A DNA stretch of 63,156 bases, filler included, from Reticulomyxa filosa (Eukaryota; Protista; Foraminifera): NCBI GenBank assembly GCA_000512085.1. It is 16 parts of 16 records of this genome, joined end to end, with 100 filler letters (N's around TTAATTAATTAA, not from the genome) between each part and the next. Parts side by side here need not be neighbours in the genome. Positions count along the whole stretch, not along the records: positions 48,660 to 60,715 come from ASPP01010954.1; positions 60,816 to 63,156 come from ASPP01032879.1; 14 more parts are not named here. One strand, given 5' to 3'. How positions within the stretch are numbered: the first letter of the stretch is position 1; each line of letters starts with the position of its first letter. A program made the translations under genes and the position numbers. Of this stretch, positions 50,878 through 63,156 are shown in pieces. The notes under the pieces are model-generated. The model worked only from the letters and a program-made list of their open reading frames with translations. It made no database searches and had not been told where the DNA came from.

Positions 50878-52639
50878 ATGGAAAAATTTGGAAACTGGGG
50901 AGGTCCATATGTATCGCAAAGAACACTATTGTTGGTATCAAAGGATAATAATCGTACATTACAAGTATTGTATTCCTTGATAAAATTGAGTGAAGAACTA
51001 CAGATAAAAAATGAAGAAGAAATAGTGCGTTTGCCTCCTCGGAGTGTACAGTTGTTCGTATGGTTAAACTGTGGGGTATGTTTATTCCTGAGCCTACTGT
51101 TGATTTACATAATGATATCCTATATGTTTCGATTGAAAATGATGCCAATAAAATGTTTAGAAAGATATGAAAAAAGGTCTTATCCGATGGAAGCATGGAT
51201 GTTGTGTCAGTGCAGTTGGCAAAATAAGCCATCGATACAAGGGAAAAAAAAACTGAAGAAAAACATAAGGAAAAAGAAGAAGACGAGAAAAAAGAAGAGC
51301 AAAAAAAGGTTGTAACGTTGGTATTGTCAACAAATGAGAAAGAAGAGATCGAGAAACAGGAATCGAGTGTTTTGGAGATGGTAAAGCACGATGAAAATGC
51401 AAAACATCATCATATAACTGTAGACCAAAAGTCAGAAACTCAAAGAGCAATAATCGTGAACACAAGTATAAATAAGGATATATTGGATAGTGTATTTGTC
51501 GAATCGAAAGAGCCAATGATCTCCAGAATCACATCATTGCGTGACCATAGCTACCGTGGGCCATTAAATGTGTCCAACAACAAACCTTCTGATTCTACAG
51601 CGATTCATCCATGCATAAAGTGGACAACATTTTTTGTGTTATTGTTGTTCACAATAACGGATGTGTGTTATATTTGCAGTATGTATATACAATATGCTCT
51701 CTTTTTACGCTCAGAGGTGTGCATGGTAAATACAATTACATTCTGGGAATACACGTGCTTTGGGCCAAATTCAAAAGAAAGAAAACAATGGTATGCTGGA
51801 CGAGGGTTTTATTATGCGATGTGGTGTTCATGGTGTTTGGCAAAAATTTTTTTGTATACGTGTTTGTTAGGTATGCGTATGTGTGTTGATTGACACTGAT
51901 AAAGAAAACACTACATTTTGATTTGTCAAAAAAAAAAAAAAAAAAAGCGTTTCTATCCACATTGCTTTTTGTTATGGACACAACAGTTCGGTTACATCTC
52001 ACGTTTGTTGGTAGTTTGTTTGCTTATTCAAAACCGTGTATTGGACTAGTAGCCTTCATGATCGTTGTTCAAAGCTTCGCTTTGTTATTAGCACTTCCCG
52101 TCTTCGTTTTTGCATCACAACAATTTGATATTGTGTATTACTTGATTGGAAGTTTGGATTTATTCGTCTCGCTAACTTTGTTGCTATTGTTTGTTCACAA
52201 ATTGCTCGAATTAACTTTATCGAGATTAGAGATACAGGCTCATCCAACGTCTTGGTTAAATGGCAGTCTTCGAGGTGTCGAGATGTTAGATGCATCGGGT
52301 TTGCAAATGTTATCGATTATGATCAAATACACTGTTTTATCTTTTCTGTTACTTGTATCTTCTCAAGTCGTTATGCTTACTGCCACAATCGCCTTAAGTT
52401 TTCAGCAACTTACCGATTCCTACATATTGGGGTCACAGATCTTTTTCTTGTCTGTTCAGCTTAGTTCTTTTGTTAATGCTTTTTGCGTGTGGTTGTTTTT
52501 CAAATTTGCTGAGCCTGTTTATCAAAAGTGGTGCTTTGCATGTGATCGACTTTGTATCGGTTTGTGCTTGTTTTGGGCAAATCGAAGAATTTCCTGGAGA
52601 GTTTCATCATTTGCCAAAAAATCACGACGACAACACTAA
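50878..52639 (+). CDS. Complete GPCR-like 7TM protein with very long first intracellular loop
   Basis: Seven hydrophobic segments after adding one A at A9 51244-51252 and removing intron 51871..51986; AKIFLYTCLL|VRLHLTFVGS and DLFVSLTLLLLFVHKL. Confidence 0.78.
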
Positions 52640-55600
52640 CTGACATTGTTCTTTTTGCTTTTTAGATCGTTTTCAACACATTTTGCGTTGTATGATCCGT
52701 AAGCAAATCTGCTAATTTTTCCAAAACTGTTGATAATTTTAGTTATGCTTCAATTATATTTTCAAGTTCGGACAGCATTGTCCAAATTTAGAAGCAAAGT
52801 GCTTAGTTTGAACTGGATTTGCTTGGCCAATAAACGATATATGGTCGAAAAAATATAGTATTCAAATAGGCATTATTTTTTACTTTTGTACATATGTCAC
52901 TTTTTTTAAGCGATAAATCAACAAATTCAAAATTTATTCATTTCTAGTTGTCAGAAAAACAAACTAAGTACACCGTTGGAAAGCTAAAAAAAAGCAAATG
53001 AAAACAAAACAAAAAAGAAAGAATTAGTTCAGGTGGCGCCTGATTTAATTTTTTCTTTTTCGCTTTTTCCTTCATTTGATTTTTTTAAAAATTTGCTTGA
53101 ATCATTTATTATCTATTTTTTGGATGTAATATAAAGCGCTAAGTTTTAATTACATTTTTTGAAAAGAAGATAAAAAATTTGTCACTTTGAAAAAAAGGTC
53201 TTTGTGTGACAAAAGAATTATTTGATTTGAAAGTATCAATAGGAAGTTATTGTTGTGAATTATTGTATTTTCTTCAAAATTTTGATTTACTTATAATATA
53301 TTTATTTTCCAATTTGAAAATTATTATCATTATTTAATGTTGAAATAAACCAAACACGGCAATTTGAACCTTTTTAGGTCTGCTGTAATTTCAAACAAAT
53401 AGCAACAATCTAGTTGAACTACACTGTTCGAAACACAAATATATGAGTCAGCAGTTACGTCATCTTTTCCTTGTCAGTCAATCTTTAAAAAAAACAAAGT
53501 TATGCGAACGCACAAATATGTGAACCAAAGCCTGTCTTGCTTTTGTGAACCAATGAACGAAGTTCCAATGCTCAGTTGTAAAATCAAGAAACTAGAATTA
53601 TTCTAAACAAAAACATTAACAGAATGAGGAAACACAACATTAATGAATCATTAGTAAAATAAAAATGTTACAAGAAGCATGGAACAACATTAAATGTAAA
53701 ATCATGAGTAAATCGTTTATCAGCAATAACAAAGATAAAACTATATAATAAAGTACGATAGAAAAGAAAAAAATGTTATCAAATTTTTGTTTTATCATAA
53801 TGGATTGTAATGACTGTATCTTGTAGAAAATTTACAGTAAAATTATTTAAAAGACATAGTATATATTGAATCATCAGTATGTTCTACTTAAATTACTACA
53901 TAAAAAAGATATAAATATGTTTGTAAATGTGCAGAGGAAGGGAAACATCACTGTATGTGCAGTAGCATGTGGAATATATGTGTAATTTTTTGTAATTGGA
54001 AAAAATTGTTTAACGTTTTGGCCGTGTGTTTGCGGCCTTTTTTTTGCCGTTCTTGACTGTTGTCACTTTTTTTTTTTACATATGGCAACGCTGACGAGGT
54101 GGAAGAGTTTTCAAAGGTAATTTAATTTTATTTGAGCGGCATTCTTGAACTTGATGAATACATGTTTATGGTGTCAAATGTTATTAAAATAGCTTTTTTG
54201 CTTTGAAAAACTGTCCGAAATTTTTTTGCAGAAAGCTTTTTTTAACTGTCAAAAGTTGAACCAAACGAGGAAAAAATATCTGAATAATTTCTATTTTTGG
54301 ATTTTTACAAAATTTTTACTAAATATTGTTTAAAAAGCAATGGCCCGTTTTATGATGCACGAGTCCGAAAATGCTACAAATTTTTTTTAATGACATTACA
54401 TTTTTTAATTTCGGATCTTAAATAAAAAAGGAATTTTTTATCGTTTTTCATTTGTGCATGCATCCAAAAATGTCTAGCATAATTTTGTTTGAAATCCGAA
54501 AGGCACTTCGGTTGAAGATATACGTTTCGTGGTGCTTTTTTTTTTTGGGACGGAAAGTATGTCATAATGATAACCAGTTAAATCAATTTTTAAAAATGGA
54601 ATAGAAACATTTTTAAGATAAGAAAAAGCTTGTCTTTTGACAAAAAAAGAAAATTTGTCGGTTTTTTCGTTGAGAACAAAACGCTAGTTCGTAACTAATT
54701 ATTCCAAATGTTGTTTTTATTTTTATTTCACATTTTTTTTGCCTTGAAAAAATTCGTCGGTTCATCACAAAACTTTTTTTTGCACACGCAAAAGTTTGGC
54801 CAAGCGAGAAAAAAATCTTGCGACATTTCTATGTTAGAAGCTTAGCCATACAAAAATTCATGAAGTAAATTTTTTTTATGAAACTCATGCATAATATCAA
54901 TTAACAAACCCCTTTTGCATAGGAAATAAAGCTATAAAAGAATATTCTAGAATTTTTACATGTCCAGGAACATGGAAACTCGATATTATCCAGACAAAAA
55001 AATTTTGCAGCAACGACAAAAATCTCATACAATTTGCTTCCTTAAAGAGAAGAAAAAATGAAAAGGTTTAAATACAACCAATTTCGATCAACCAAGAAAA
55101 TCACATTGCAATGTGGTACAAAAAACTTAGAGAAATTATTTTTTGTCTTGAGTTTTGGGAAAAAGAGCATTCAGCCAAAACGTTATAATTTTGGGATTGT
55201 TATCTGTCTTACTGTTTCTCATGGTCTTGGGACAGGAAGACATAAGAAATGAAAAAAAATAGTTTATGCTAAGCATTTTAATGCTTTTTTTGCAATTTTC
55301 AATTTTTGTATTTAAAATGATAGGCAGCACAAGCGAAAGAAAAAAAGTTTGTTTGCATAATAAAAATGAAAGAATTAATCTCCGTTTCAATCATCCCAAA
55401 TGCTCCGTACCAGGTTAGGTACTCAAATTGTCTGATTTTGTAATTATATGTATTACACTAGTGGAAGTTTACCAAGTTTTGCTGCTCACTGACTTATCTA
55501 TCATTTGATAGAAGTGATTATGCCCCTCATTCAAGTAAAGAAATGCAAAAATATTTCATACTAATTTTTAAATTTATTTATCTTTGCTATAGCATTATTA

Positions 55601-56879
55601 AAAACAATATTTTCCTAAAGCAAGATATGAATTTTGCATGTAAAATAATAAAAACATTACAATAATTTGAGATACAAAAGTCCAATCTAGTAAGCGATTG
55701 ATTGTTCTTGATACAATTCATTTAATACGATGATCGAGTGATGCATGAAAAGAGGAGTTTTTTAGATAGGTATTATTATCTTCATTTAATGATGATGTTT
55801 GAGATAATGAAAATTATTTGTTAATCGTTTAGTGAAAATTGTAAATCGTTCACATTATAGCATTCTTGAAAAATTTGGACTGGATGTATAGATGTACGTC
55901 CCATGGACAAGATATGCATTTGATGAAAAGTACGTTCTTGTTATACTTTTTTCGCTCTTTAATATTATTATGTAATAGAGTTTACACTCATAATTGAATA
56001 ACTTTAGCAAATACAACAATTGGAAGTTTACCATTTTTATATATTTAAATGTTTAAATTGAACACACAATCCTTTTAGATAATCAAAGACAAATAACAAA
56101 TTATTATCATTACCACCAAAATTACGTTCATTCGAAAAAAATTTGTCGCATTCTGATTTGCCATTATTCTTTTTTCATTTCAGATATCCCCATCTTGATA
56201 AATGTGGCAAGTAATCTGATTTGGTTTTATTTGTTTAAATTAAAAATGATACGTTTAAAAATTCTATTTAATTATATTTATCCATAATATTAGCTGTATC
56301 TGCAAAAATAGAAATTCCAATTTTACCGTCTTAATGCGATGTTGCCTTTATGTGCAAATTACAAGTTTGTCAACTCTTTTTTTTTTTGAATTGGTAGATT
56401 ATTTCTTACAAATATTGTAGAAGAGTTTTTGTTTATTATTGCTGTACATTTTTTATTGTTGATATTACATTGCAAATGGATAAACCATTATCAAAAAAAA
56501 GAAAAACTTTGTTTTCTGAAATAAGAAAACATTAAAAATTATACAAATAGTCAGTGGTTGACAAATATCCTAACGAAAAACTTTCAAAAAAGTGGTTTTT
56601 TAAATAAGAAATCCTGTCACTTGTTCTGAATACGAATTTAAACCACTACAATTTTTTTACAACTATTAAAATAAAAATATGAATTTTCTATCAATAAATT
56701 GATGTATTTTCCCGATTTTTTGCAAGTCAATTTTGTTGACGAGATTTCTTAAATAACATCTTGATCATCTTATTTTTGTATTTTAAGATCAAAATATGTA
56801 ATTTACTTATATTGAGCTTTCTCTGGTATATTTTAACTGTTATTACTATTTCAGATAGTGCATCACTGTTGTGTTCTTT

Positions 56880-58390
56880 GAATATATTTAATTGTTTGGT
56901 TTTTTAAATATCCCATATTTGAATAGTTTTATCAAATGATCCAAAACAAATTGTATATCCATTTCCATCAATCACACCAATATTATTTTATTATCATTAT
57001 TGTAATTGTTATTGCTTTGCAATGGTGAAATATCAATACACCAAACAGCTCTTTCATGTCCATTGAAAACATGTAATGATTTTGATGTTTCAACATCCCA
57101 TAAACGAACTGTTTTGTCAAATGATTCAGAACACAAATATCTACCACCATTAAATGACGAAAATTCAATACCACCAACACCACCAATGTGTCCATTGCAT
57201 ATTTGTAATTGTTGATTATGTTTGAAATCTCAAAAACGAATGGTTTTGTCATATGATGAAAAGCAAATGACATTTTGGCGATGATTATGATGATGATATG
57301 TTGAAAATTTCACACAATACACACTAAATGAATGTTCATTGAATGATGCAATTTGTTTATTGTTATCAAAATCTCATACTCAGAACAAATAAATGGTTCA
57401 TCATCAAATGTTGAATAATCAATATTCCAGACAATATTGGTGTGTCCATTGAATGTTTTAAGTAATTTAGATGAACGAAATAAATCAAATGATGATAATA
57501 AAGTATATGACTGATTAACTTCTTTTTCTTCTTCTTTATGTTGATGATTTAATCTTTGAATCAATAATGTTAAATTAACTCAAGATTACGAACAATTTTC
57601 TTCCAATGATTTGACAATTGTTTCATGATAAAATCTGATCTTCTTTATCATCAAAATTTTTTTTATCATTTCAATATCTGCACGATACTTAAACAATTCT
57701 TGTTGATACTTTCTTTCCATTTGTTTTATTTGCTTTTCTTTCAATTGGATTTCTTGTTTCATATACTGTGTTAATTGGTTAGCTAATCTAAATGTAATTT
57801 CATATTTTCAATCAAATGTTCATTTAAACTTTGGTTAAGACACAAATGATTCTAAAATGAATTTTTTGTTTCATATTCGGATTCTCAACGAAAAATTGCA
57901 CTAGAAAATACTTTTTATTTTTTATAAATATCAATAGTCTATTAGCATTGGAATTCGAAACAAATTGAGTCAATTCAACCACAATGTAAAACTTAAATGA
58001 CAAAGCAATTCCAGTTTCATGTAGTGATCTTGAAATGAGCTGATATTAAATTGTATTCATCGTAGAAGAATTCTGGTTACAGATTTGGATTCCCCAAGAT
58101 CTCTAGTATATATAAATGAAAAAATCATGATTGAATTTTGATGATTGAATTATATGGACTCAATGATGTCGCAACCTATCTGAATATAAAAAGTAAGGTT
58201 AATGAAAAAACGGGTTTTTATTGATGATAGAGATTCCAACCAAATGGTTTAAACCAACAATTAATTAAGTTTAAAGGACATTCATTCTTTAAATGATTAA
58301 AATCTTTTAATTTCCCTTTGAAATCACATTTAATCACTCTAGATGTCCCTTCTTCTACTTCTCTTTCAGTTTCATCTAATATCTTTTTAA
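56880..58390 (-). pseudogene. TRAF-type zinc finger, coiled-coil, WD40 pseudogene
   Basis: KCDFKGKLKDFNHLKNECPLNLINCWFKPFG..., coiled coil, SSKLLKTFNGHTNIVWNIDYS and further WD units similar to 38538-39000; many disruptions. Confidence 0.85.
57853..58231. other. 379-bp insertion flanked by GATTC direct repeats inside the TRAF finger
   Basis: GATTC at 57848-57852 and 58232-58236; removal restores KPFGWNHLCL in frame. Confidence 0.5.
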
Positions 58391-58822
58391 AAAATTATGA
58401 TAAAATGCTTATCTTTCACCAAAGAAAATCGATTATGTGATGTTTATTGTAAAGTACTTGTTGAATAATGCGGATAGGATAATTTTAAAAAAAGTTTATA
58501 AGTCACACATACTGAAGTTTTTACTAAAAATTATACAAATAATTTGAACTTTCAAAAAAAAAATACGAGAAATTAGCTTTAAACAAATCAAAAGATGTTT
58601 AACATCGCAACTTTGTCACTTTTTCGCACATAACGTTAAACGTACATTTTTTTGCAAAAAGAGAAATTTTGTTTAATAACGCTATTCTTTTTGAAATCTA
58701 ATTTTATGTGAGACAAAGTCGCGAAACGACATGTCTGAAACAAGGTAAAGACAGACGAGAGAGGAAAAAAATGACAAAAAGCACCAAAGCGACAACATTA
58801 TCACAAATAGAGGCGATGCCAT

Positions 58823-60715
58823 CTAACAATTTACTTTCCTCTTGAGGACCAACTCCAGAGCAGGATATGCCTAAAAATAATAACATACGACAAAACCAAC
58901 AAAGAAAAAAAACACAAAATATGAGATTTCATCTGCAGAGAGAAAAGAAAAAATAAAAACAATAAAAAATCAAGCAAACTTGATTGTCAGTACAGCAAAC
59001 AAGAATGCTGGGATCACTGAGTTTGTCAGCAAGAGATTCATATTCGAATGTAAGGTTACCAGTAGATGGTTTGGTGGGTGGTCTGACATAGGTTGATTTT
59101 CCTTCGGCGCTTTCTCCGCAGATGACGCGACAGTACAGCAAGTGGGCATAGCCTTTCTCATCGTCAAATCTGTCCAAAGCAATGTTTGTTTCCAAACAAC
59201 ACAATTGCCACAACAAAAAAAAAAATGAAACTTTGCATATCCATTCGAGACAGAATAGTTAGCATCACGTGCAAAATAAACACCCTTTCCATACATGTGC
59301 GTGGAATTATAATCACGCAAGAAGCCCTATTTTTAGATTAAAAAAAAATTGTTTGAAGTATACCCAAAAAAAAAAAAAAGTTTAAACTTTGCTACATATT
59401 TCTGGGATTGTCTTGGAATAAGTACCTATACAAGCGAATGCACGCATTAACAACACACAATGGACATTGGAAGAAAAAAATATGGCTTGTGCAATAAGCA
59501 TAGGAACATGAAATCAAACAAAACAACCAACCGTGCCACATCCAGCGTATATTTCGTGCGGACTCAGCGACTCTTTTGGAAGAAAGCCAAACTCTTTCCA
59601 AGCTATCATGTAAAAGCCACATGTGCGAATTTTGCACAATAAAAACTTCCACTACCTCAAAATTCTGGCTATTCACTGTCTTGTAAAACTCTTCAACGGC
59701 TTGTTTTGACAATGCGTGTGTCTCCATGTTTTCCACTTTGACAAAATAGGAAGACGTGCTATTCTTCATTGGCGCCCACCATGAAGGATGTTTTTGTTGT
59801 TCTTCTTCGTTGGCTTTTATTTGTTTATTTATTTTTTAAAATATACATAAAACACATACGTACACAGAAGCATAAAGTTATATTGCAATGTTTGTCTTTT
59901 CTGTTTTGTGTTCAAACCTTTGCTGATAACTCTTCTTCGTACTTTTCGTGTTTTGTCCCTGATATCTTTTTGTTCACCACTGTCTTTATTCCTTTTGACA
60001 ACGTAATAGTATTCGCCATTTGTTGTGAAAGACACCTGATCGTAACATTATTTGCAATAGTTATGTGCTATACGTTTTCGGTACGTTCGTGCAACGTAAC
60101 AAAAATTAGTGTACGTATACGAATACATAAGTATATAATTTTTTTTTATTTATTTTTAATTTCATGTGTTCAACACCAAACTGGCTCATTGACGATCGTT
60201 TCTTCCAACTTTTTGACGAAATTTGCATCAGTATAAGGTTCCCACGAGCCATTGTCCAGTTGGTATTCTGTCATGTATGATTACATAAAAGATCAAATGT
60301 AAAAATGTTCAGATAACGCAATGTGTACATATAATCTATACGTATATATTAAAAAGAGACAAACCCCAAACAATATCTTGCAACTCTTGAAGCTGAGTTT
60401 CCAGTTTCTTGTACTTCTCCAGTAAGTTTTGATATTCGGTAAAATCGGTTCCTAGGGAGGGAGGTACAAAATGAAAATAGCACAGCACAAAACAAAGCAT
60501 TTGGCGAATAGGATTATGAGAAAAAATAAAAGAAGAATAATAAACAAATAATCAACTGTCAGTTAATATACGTCGACGGCAGTCTCTATTTGTTTTCGTG
60601 GATATATTAATCTGAATTGCAGTGGACTTATCCTTTTTTACTACTGTATACATGGAACCGAGTACGATCTGATCAACGAAGATACTGAGAATTTTTTTGG
60701 TTTGATCCCCCCCCC
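58823..60715 (-). CDS. WWE-domain PARP (PARP11/12/14-like mono-ADP-ribosyltransferase), multi-exon, 5'-truncated
   Basis: WWE: VWEYQLDNGSWEPY...Y...Q...RKVRR; catalytic domain: VQN..MW, WHGT, GF.RDY, YGKGVYFARDANYS, CRVICG, RPP, DPSILV..DNQAYP. Confidence 0.88.
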
Positions 60716-60815
60716 NNNNNNNNNNNNNNNNNNNNNNNNNNNNNNNNNNNNNNNNNNNNTTAATTAATTAANNNNNNNNNNNNNNNNNNNNNNNNNNNNN
60801 NNNNNNNNNNNNNNN
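60716..60815. other. Artificial contig spacer
   Basis: N44-TTAATTAATTAA-N44. Confidence 0.99.
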
Positions 60816-63156
60816 ATAAAAAAAAAGCAATTAAATTTAGATAGTCAGTCATTAAACGACAAAGTGAATGAAATTACCGCAAAATTGTTGGCAAAAGGTA
60901 TAACCACTTTGCAAAATTTGGAAGTCTGGATTAAACTCTTCAATTACGACATTAAAACGAATCAAAACCAATGGTTACATTTGCTGACTAATTCGCTAAA
61001 GGAGTGGTGGTCTTCTGACAGTTTTGGTGAGAAATTTACTGACAAGTGCTACCATCGCAAGGTAATATGGTTCCTCCATCCTTCTCGGTACAATACAATT
61101 GAGGAAGACTTTCGCAAAGTATTTAAGGAACTGGTGGAATTAAACGCTGATCGTTTTCATTTTGACAACAAATGTTGGGATGAAGATTCTCGTAATGAGT
61201 TGAAAAATCATGTGATTGAATCGCTCTCAAAGCAAGACGGTAGTATCAATGAATGGACGTGGTTGTTGTCATTGATTATCAAAATTCCCTCTAAACAGTA
61301 TTGTCAAAACAATCTTTTCTTCGTGTTTTACTTTGTTGACTAAGATATAAGACTATCAAAACAAAACAAAAAACACAAATGTGACAGCGATGCATCATTT
61401 TGGACGAAAAATAGTGTTATTTCTAATGAAGATGAGAAAGAAGAAAAAGTTTCACAAAATAAGGAAGAATTATTTAAGAGTGAGTTGGAATATTGTGTTG
61501 CATGTGTTGGATGGAAAGAATTTTTGATTGAGTGTCAAACAATAGCAATTATTGATCATTTGTGGAAGTTTATCCAAAAGATGTTGAAAACATTAGGTAC
61601 TATTATCAAAGACGATAAACTCACTTTTTTTCTTTGTGATTTCCTAAAAAAGGATGAAAATGAAGAGCGTATTCGTAAATTGGGTGAAAATGTAATTGGC
61701 TTGTCAAAGTTAGATCTTGCAATGGAAAAATTCGTCGATTATAAAAAATTAACAGATAACTTCATGATAGTTTTACGTAGTTATTTTGAAAAATCTCCTA
61801 TGGAATTAAATACACTTTATGAGTTTTGTAGAAACTTGGATCATCATTATCTTTCAGACTTTGAAACCAAATTTGAAAAAGAAAAAAAATTGTTGGGTGA
61901 TTCCAGCAAGGAATTTCAATTGATGGTGGATAGAGAGAAAAGTGAACTATTTCATATAATGTGGAAAAGGCAAACAACACACAACTCAGATCCGATTTCT
62001 ATCATTGTGAGTATATTTAAACAGGCAGATTCGGATTGGGGTAATTTGATTTCCAAAATTAGGAACAATACATTGCAGTATATCGATTTAGAGCCATACA
62101 AGATTACAAACTGGAAATTGGAGATGAACATTTTGTTTTCCGACACCAAACACCAAGAAAAGAACACAGCGCAAGATTATTCACAAAACATAGAGAACGC
62201 TCTTTATTTTTTAGAAACAGAAGAACACTGGAAACTATTAAAAAAAGCAACCGACATAATTCAAAATATCCATCAAATTAAAACTACTGTTGATGACAAA
62301 GACTGGCACAATTTTGTAGAAATTATTGACCAATCAGAAAAAAAAAAGATACAAACATCCATAAAGAAGGCATCAGGATGGTATTTAAAATGTAAAGATT
62401 ATTTTGGGGATATTTCAGATAAAAAAGATATGTTGGAACTCATTTGCAATAATAAGGAAAAAATACAAGCTTTAGCAAATGATGAGATTTTTACAAACAG
62501 ACAACAATTTGAACTTTTAACTAAAAGAATGGATGACTCCCAAAATGAAAAATTTCGCCAATTGGCTGGCACATTACCCGAGGTCAATGAAAAAATGAAA
62601 GAAAGAATCTGGGGTATCAAATTTCAATCGAGTTGTGAATTGGCAAAAACTATACTTACACTCTCCGAACAAAAAAGCAAGTTCTGCGACAAGTTGGCAA
62701 AGTGTTTGGATATGGATTTTAAAGAACTTTTAGGCTTGGTCGAGGAAGGCGATCAGTTATCAGTAGTAAAAGGGCTTGGACAATTTGAACGAGCAGGTCA
62801 AACAGGAAAATGGGTATTGGATGATTATGAAACAATGTTTGGTCTTCATCAATTGAATGCCTTTCCAAATTTTTCTGCAAAGATCAAATCAAAAATGGAT
62901 AAATATGAAGGATTGATTTTGCAATTTGGAATGACTTGTTTGAATTGTGATTTAATCGAGAATACACTCGATCGATTGAAGCTTGGTTTGGATAGCGAAG
63001 GAAAAAAAAAAATTGAAAAGATAGTCTTGCAATATGAAATTTGCAAAGATATTTATGCAATTCGAATTGATTATTGGGAAAGAGGTAAACGTGACAAAAA
63101 GGAAAAGTTGATATTACAAGCCAAAGATTCGATTGAGACATTTGAAAATAACAGAA
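60816..63156 (+). CDS. Internal part of a very large helical protein resembling the RNF213/mysterin stalk upstream of the AAA+ core
   Basis: Exon to 61297, intron 61298..61387, then a frame that appears open to the window end (absent from the ORF track because no stop is reached); SELFHIMWK, WGNLISKI, SVVKGLGQFERAGQTGKWVL, LIENTLDRLKL...IDYWERG. Confidence 0.6.

Noticed and set aside
52640-56800. ncRNA or MITE in the long intergenic region (short hairpins near 54021 and 54496)
   Set aside because: Stems of only 5-6 bp; no tRNA/rRNA/snRNA motifs or terminal inverted repeats seen
1001-60815. Regularly recurring TTAATTAATTAA as a biological repeat or CRISPR-like array
   Set aside because: Always embedded in 44+44 Ns; it is a six-frame-stop concatenation linker
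1-63156. A multi-gene defence island spanning the window
   Set aside because: The genes lie on 16 unrelated contigs, so order across spacers is arbitrary

Overview
This is not one locus. The window is 16 short contigs joined by an artificial 100-bp spacer (N44-TTAATTAATTAA-N44, stops in all six frames), so adjacency across spacers means nothing. The DNA is eukaryotic, very AT-rich and rich in short GT-AG introns and microsatellites. The WD40/TRAF families resemble those I recall from the foraminiferan Reticulomyxa filosa (inference). Recognisable genes are ERCC6L/PICH, MTR4, an ERGIC1-like gene, RRP36, a RhoGAP, an SH3BGR-like gene, a WWE-PARP, a WD40 protein, a possible SMG8 fragment, a decayed APE-type LINE, and WD40/TRAF-WD40 pseudogenes. 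The most interesting signals are: (1) three members of an apparently lineage-specific 7TM receptor family sharing a TM3 Lys and a TM5 Asp, one lying head-to-head with a GAIN/GPS ectodomain gene that lacks the cleavage motif; (2) two RNF213/mysterin-like fragments which, with the WWE-PARP, SPRY and TRAF genes, hint at an animal-like cell-autonomous defence toolkit in a protist; (3) unusual splice signals (GTT donors, A-rich acceptors); (4) eight frameshifts, all corrected by adding one A. All family assignments come from motif recognition by eye; no database search was run.
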